Source: Zygnema circumcarinatum SAG 698-1b (taxonomy: Eukaryota > Plantae > Zygnematophyceae). Taken from it: a DNA stretch of 64,000 nucleotides. The translations under genes and the position numbers were made by a program. Shown piece by piece: positions 60,090 to 64,000 of the stretch. The DNA is taken from contig CM074819.1 of the NCBI GenBank assembly GCA_037447605.1, positions 1,448,297-1,512,296 on the forward strand. The letters run 5' to 3'. Under the pieces are notes generated by a model that was not told the origin of the DNA, made no database searches, and worked only from the letters and a program-made list of their open reading frames with translations. Each line of letters begins with the position of its first letter. Position 1 is the stretch's first letter.

Positions 60090-61557
60090 TTTCTCTTCCC
60101 TGCATACAGTTTCAAAGGTTTATAGAGCCTCAAAATGGTTAAAAAAACTGCTTTTGCTGTCTCTGTACTTAAAAAGGGTTTCCATCCCTCCCTCCTCTCT
60201 CTCTCTGCAGAAAGGAAATGCATGCATGGGTTCGAGTCTGGCTCTCAAGCAAAACACTGAGAGGAATGTATAACCCTAAAAAAACCAATGATACCCAAGA
60301 AGCCTACAAATCATGACATCCTGCAACGCAGAAAGTCTGTTTATTTTAACTAAACAAAGAGTCTCTAAGACGATCTTACAAAACCCAACGACCCCAAATG
60401 CATAGAAACCCATCCATCCAGTTATTGCTCCCAGACAGAACGAGCCCTACAACCCCACCTCACCCTCCCTCCCCTCAACCCAACCCCCCCCCCCTCCCCT
60501 TCAAAGCTTCCTCTCCAGTTCTAAGAGAAGCGGAGAAGCTCCTTCCTTCCCCCCGCCATGGCTTCCAGGGTTTTGGGTTTTAGGGAGAGGGGCTCACCGC
60601 ACTGCCGGCGAGGAGGCAAATTCTAAGCCGCCATAGCCAGCTCTTGCTTGAAAAACCTGGTTTCCTGGTTTGAGCGTCTGCCGGTTTCTGGTTTTTGGAC
60701 GGCAAGGACCTTCGAACCTTCTCCCTCTGGCGGTGGCGTCCTGCCACGTGGACCAGTAACGATTCGCCACGTGATAAAATTTGAAAACGGACCATTCATA
60801 GCCTGCCATATATGCCAACGGGGCAGATTTTTTGGTTGAGCATGGAACCTGGAGCCGCCCTGGCCAGATCCCAACAGGCGGATGGCCCTGCGGCCAATCA
60901 GGAGCCACCGACTACCGCCGGGAGGCTGCCTGCCGTCGGTTACCTCGCAAGTGCGACAAGAAAATCTTTTGTCGTTTATGTGGACATGGAAATATTGCCA
61001 TATCGCCAGTGTATTGGCACTGACCGACATGACTTGCCGGTTGCTCGAGCGGAGAGTGGAGCCGTACGGTAGGGTTCTGCCGGCAAATTCTGTCGGTCGG
61101 AGACGATACGTCGGCGATATACCGATATTTCGGCTTCCAATCGCAAACAACAAACTATTGCTCTGTTTCACAGGCCGTACAGACTGTTTCAGCTGGTCGC
61201 CCGAGGCGTGTCGGTGGCCTCTGATTGGCTGAAAACGATCTTGCTGACGTATGCAATGTGGGAATAACGCTTTTCCTCCGTGCCGCAAATGAAGGTCCAT
61301 AAAGTAAAACACCTTTGCTTAAGACATGATCATTACTTTGTGAGCGGCCGACGGCGATACCGGTATGCGGTATCGTCCGTTTGTTTAACTTTATAGGGCC
61401 CCTTACGTGGTGGCCGCCCATTGGCTCCTTTGTCCGTACTACGCTGGAGACGTCAGTGTGACATATGTCACGTCACGTTGCGCCATAGCACGTCATGTCA
61501 CCTCATGTCGTGTCACGTCACGTCAAAGCCCTCTGAAGGTGTTGGGGTTGTTACAAG

Positions 61558-61933
61558 TAGGGATGGCCCGCGTTATAAATTCCGAATATATTATATAATT
61601 TACAACGGGTTTAAAATTAGTAATATATTACAAACTAAAACACTTTATTACATATATTATAACCACTCGTTTTCAACAATTATCGACCGTACGACCGTAT
61701 TCGTACGGTCATACGGTCGTACCATACCAAAATTAGGTCGTTTTGGCGTTGGCGTTGCGAAATGCGTCCGTCTGGTTCACCGGTGCACCTGCCGTATAAT
61801 CTCGTACAGTCGTACGACCGTACGACCGTATATGTTGTAAAGGCGTTGTAAATTAATATATATCAGCCGTTATCTATTCGTCACAGTTTTATAATATAAT
61901 ATATAATATATAATCGTGACTAATCCATCCCTA
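61558..61933. mobile_element. Non-autonomous hAT element (Ac/Ds-like MITE), 376 bp
   Basis: TIRs TAGGGATGG and CCATCCCTA (Ac-type TAGGGATG). Perfect 8-bp TSD GTTACAAG at 61550-61557 and 61934-61941. Internal CGTACG/ACCGTA repeats. Confidence 0.93.
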
Positions 61934-62026
61934 GTTACAAGAAGTTGTTCTCGAGCACGTGCGCACATGCACGCACATGCAGGCGGGCGGCGCTGCTCGC
62001 CACAAAGCGAAGCCTGGCTGATGGTG

Positions 62027-62077
<51 letters not shown>

Positions 62078-62800
62078 CGCCCGCCCGCAAGGAGCGCGCC
62101 TACGCGTCCCAATACTATACAGCCGGCGATCCATGGCCGCTGGGATTGTGGGCTGCCTCGCCGCCCGGTTGGATGCCCGCCTCCCTCCCTCCCTCCCTCC
62201 GCCCGCAAGTAAACGCGCCCACCGCCCCTCCGAGAAAGCTTTGGCTTCTCTACGGAAGCCCTCGTCCGATTATGCTCACATGGGGGGGAGGGAAGGGAGT
62301 GAGAGGGGGAAAAAGGGAGAGAGAGAGTGAGAGAGGGAGGGGGAGAGGGAGAGGGAGTCTATCGACGATGCCTTCCTATGTCCTTCCAACGCCGCCAATC
62401 ATTCCATTCTCCTTCGACGCGCGCAGTTGTTCCGTGGGGCGGCCCCACATTGGCGATCTTCGGGGGTGCTCTTAGAGGGGTGTTGTTGTTAGGCCTCGAA
62501 GCAAGGTTCCCTCATACCCATTCTTTTGTCCATGGCTCATTTTTGACCGGCTCACATTGGTTCTACAAATTTTCTTTGTCCATGTGCTTTTGATGGCATC
62601 GCCATAGTGGGATCAGTGGCAATTCATTCGTCTTCTTTATGAGGAAACACCAAGGTCTCAGTGAAAACAGGGCAGCAAGAAAAGGGCAGGAGAAGGAAGG
62701 CAGAAGTAAGAAAGGAGGTAAAGGAGAGGAAAATAGGAGGTGGGGGAGAGAGGGAGAGGGAGTGGGCGAGGGATTCAACCATCCTCTTCTTTTCAAAGCA

Positions 62801-63590
62801 TCACCGTCTCCTGCCTCCAACCTTTCTCTCTATTCTCGTCTTGGCTGCAAGGATGGCCTCCTCCTCAAGCTCCTCCGTTTCATAGCCCTCACTCTCCTTA
62901 CCGCTCTCTCTCCCCTCCCGTCCCTCACTCTCTCCTTTCAAACCCCCCTCTCCCTCTCCCTCCACACTACCACCGTCCTCCTCTCCTTCCAACAACTCCG
63001 TTTCAGCATCACTCTCTACACCCCCCTCCCTCCCATCTCCCTCTACCCCACTCCCCTTCAAATTTCCTTCATCCTTTTGTGAGAATCTTTCAAGCAGCCC
63101 CTCGTATATAGAACTCAGCCTGCTTAATTCTTTGAGAATCTCTTCAGATCCCCATTTTTTCCCCGCTCCATTTTTCTTCCCTTCCACTTCCGCCAATCTC
63201 TTCACGGCTTCCGGCACAACTGGCCACTCCTCAAAGACAGTCGAAATTTTCTATTCCGAACCACATGAACGGAAACGGGCAGCATATTATTAACAAGAAT
63301 AAAAAACAAAAACGGATGAAAATAAAGGGAAACCCACAGATAGTTTAGGTCAAATGCTGTGCTACAGTATGCGATGGGCTAAAGGTGATTGTTTTTTTTC
63401 CAAAAGACCCAAAAAAGCAAATGGGAAGTGGAGGTAAGGGTGCCCACCCTTTTCTTCCGAAGCAGTTCGACGGCGATCTGAAAGCACGCGAGAACACCGC
63501 GTGCAGCTACGCTCTTCATTTCGCTCTCTTTTGGCTGAGAAGGAGCGAACAGCAAACGGGTCAGAACGTACAGCTCGTAGAGCTCTCTCT
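62801..63590 (-). CDS. 3' exons of a hypothetical protein continuing beyond the window
   Basis: Exon ELYELYVLTRLLFAPSQ...ACFQIAVELLRKKR ends at a GTGGG donor. It joins in phase to KISTVFEEWPVVPEAVKRLAE...EEILKELSRLSSIYEGLLERF plus an acidic tail and stop. Confidence 0.55.
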
Positions 63591-63606
63591 CACACACACC
63601 CAGATT

Positions 63607-64000
63607 GGGGGAGGGGGAGGGGGAGGGGAGGGGGAGGGGGAGGGGAGGGGGAGGGGGAGGGGGAGGGGGAGGGGAGGGAGGGGGAGGGGGAGGGGGAGGG
63701 AGGGGGAGGGGGAGGGGGAGGGGGAGGGGAGGGGGAGGGGGAGGGGGAGGGGGAGGGGGAGGGGGAGGGAGGGGGAGGGGGAGGGGGAGGGGAGGGGGAG
63801 GGGGAGGGGGGAGGGGGAGGGGGAGGGGGAGGGGGAGGGGGAGGGAGGGGGAGGGGGAGGGAGGGGAGAGGGAGGGGGAGGGAGGGGGAGGGAGGGAGGG
63901 AGGGGGAGGGGAGGGGGAGGGGGAGGGGGAGGGGGAGGGAGGGAGGGAGGGAGGGAGGGGGAGGGAGGGAGGGAGGGAGGGAGGGGGAGGGAGGGAGGGG
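63607..64000. repeat. (GGGGA)n-type polypurine tract
   Basis: About 390 nt containing only G and A, made of G4-G5 runs. Confidence 0.95.

Noticed and set aside
238-64000. Dozens of long ORFs rich in ER/EG/GR, SL/PL/PS, TP/HS/GV or MGIYGEEG repeats
   Set aside because: They are translations of GA/CT tracts, microsatellites or the antisense and alternative frames of the SPSPPPHR repeat, which lack stop codons by composition.

Overview
Eukaryotic, intron-rich nuclear DNA from a green plant-lineage genome, most likely a streptophyte (charophyte/zygnematophyte-type) alga. This is inferred from plant-type gene families, telo-boxes and very long GA/CT low-complexity tracts, and is not proven. Most ORFs in the supplied track are artefacts of low-complexity sequence, so I rebuilt the genes by hand from splice sites. 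About 12 protein-coding loci, in order: a RING-finger protein (+), an unknown acidic protein (-), CPL1 CTD phosphatase with two dsRBMs (-), RPS5 (+), a secreted Pro-rich two-domain protein (+), a TBL O-acetyltransferase (+), a TMEM144-like DMT transporter (-), an orphan of about 700 aa (-), an inverted second copy of the secreted Pro-rich gene (-), a Sas10/Utp3 gene (-), RPS12 (+), a stand-alone BUP/GT-family C-terminal-domain membrane protein (-), plus a partial gene at the right edge. Non-coding features include a hAT MITE with a perfect 8-bp TSD, a Tc1/mariner MITE with a TA TSD, a 17-bp CATGCA minisatellite, palindromic CCAAT/G-box modules and seven 10-N gaps. Best leads: (1) a duplicated dumbbell-shaped secreted glycoprotein with two copies of an unnamed Cys-containing domain around an (SPSPPPHR)n rod; (2) a Sas10 gene whose middle is neuroguidin/Lcp5-type, so that two SSU-processome paralogues form one reading frame; (3) an apparent ACG start codon creating an MGxxCC acylation motif; (4) a BUP-like protein lacking its glycosyltransferase domain. 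No tRNA, rRNA, CRISPR array or intact transposase was seen. All family assignments come from recalled motifs, not from database searches.
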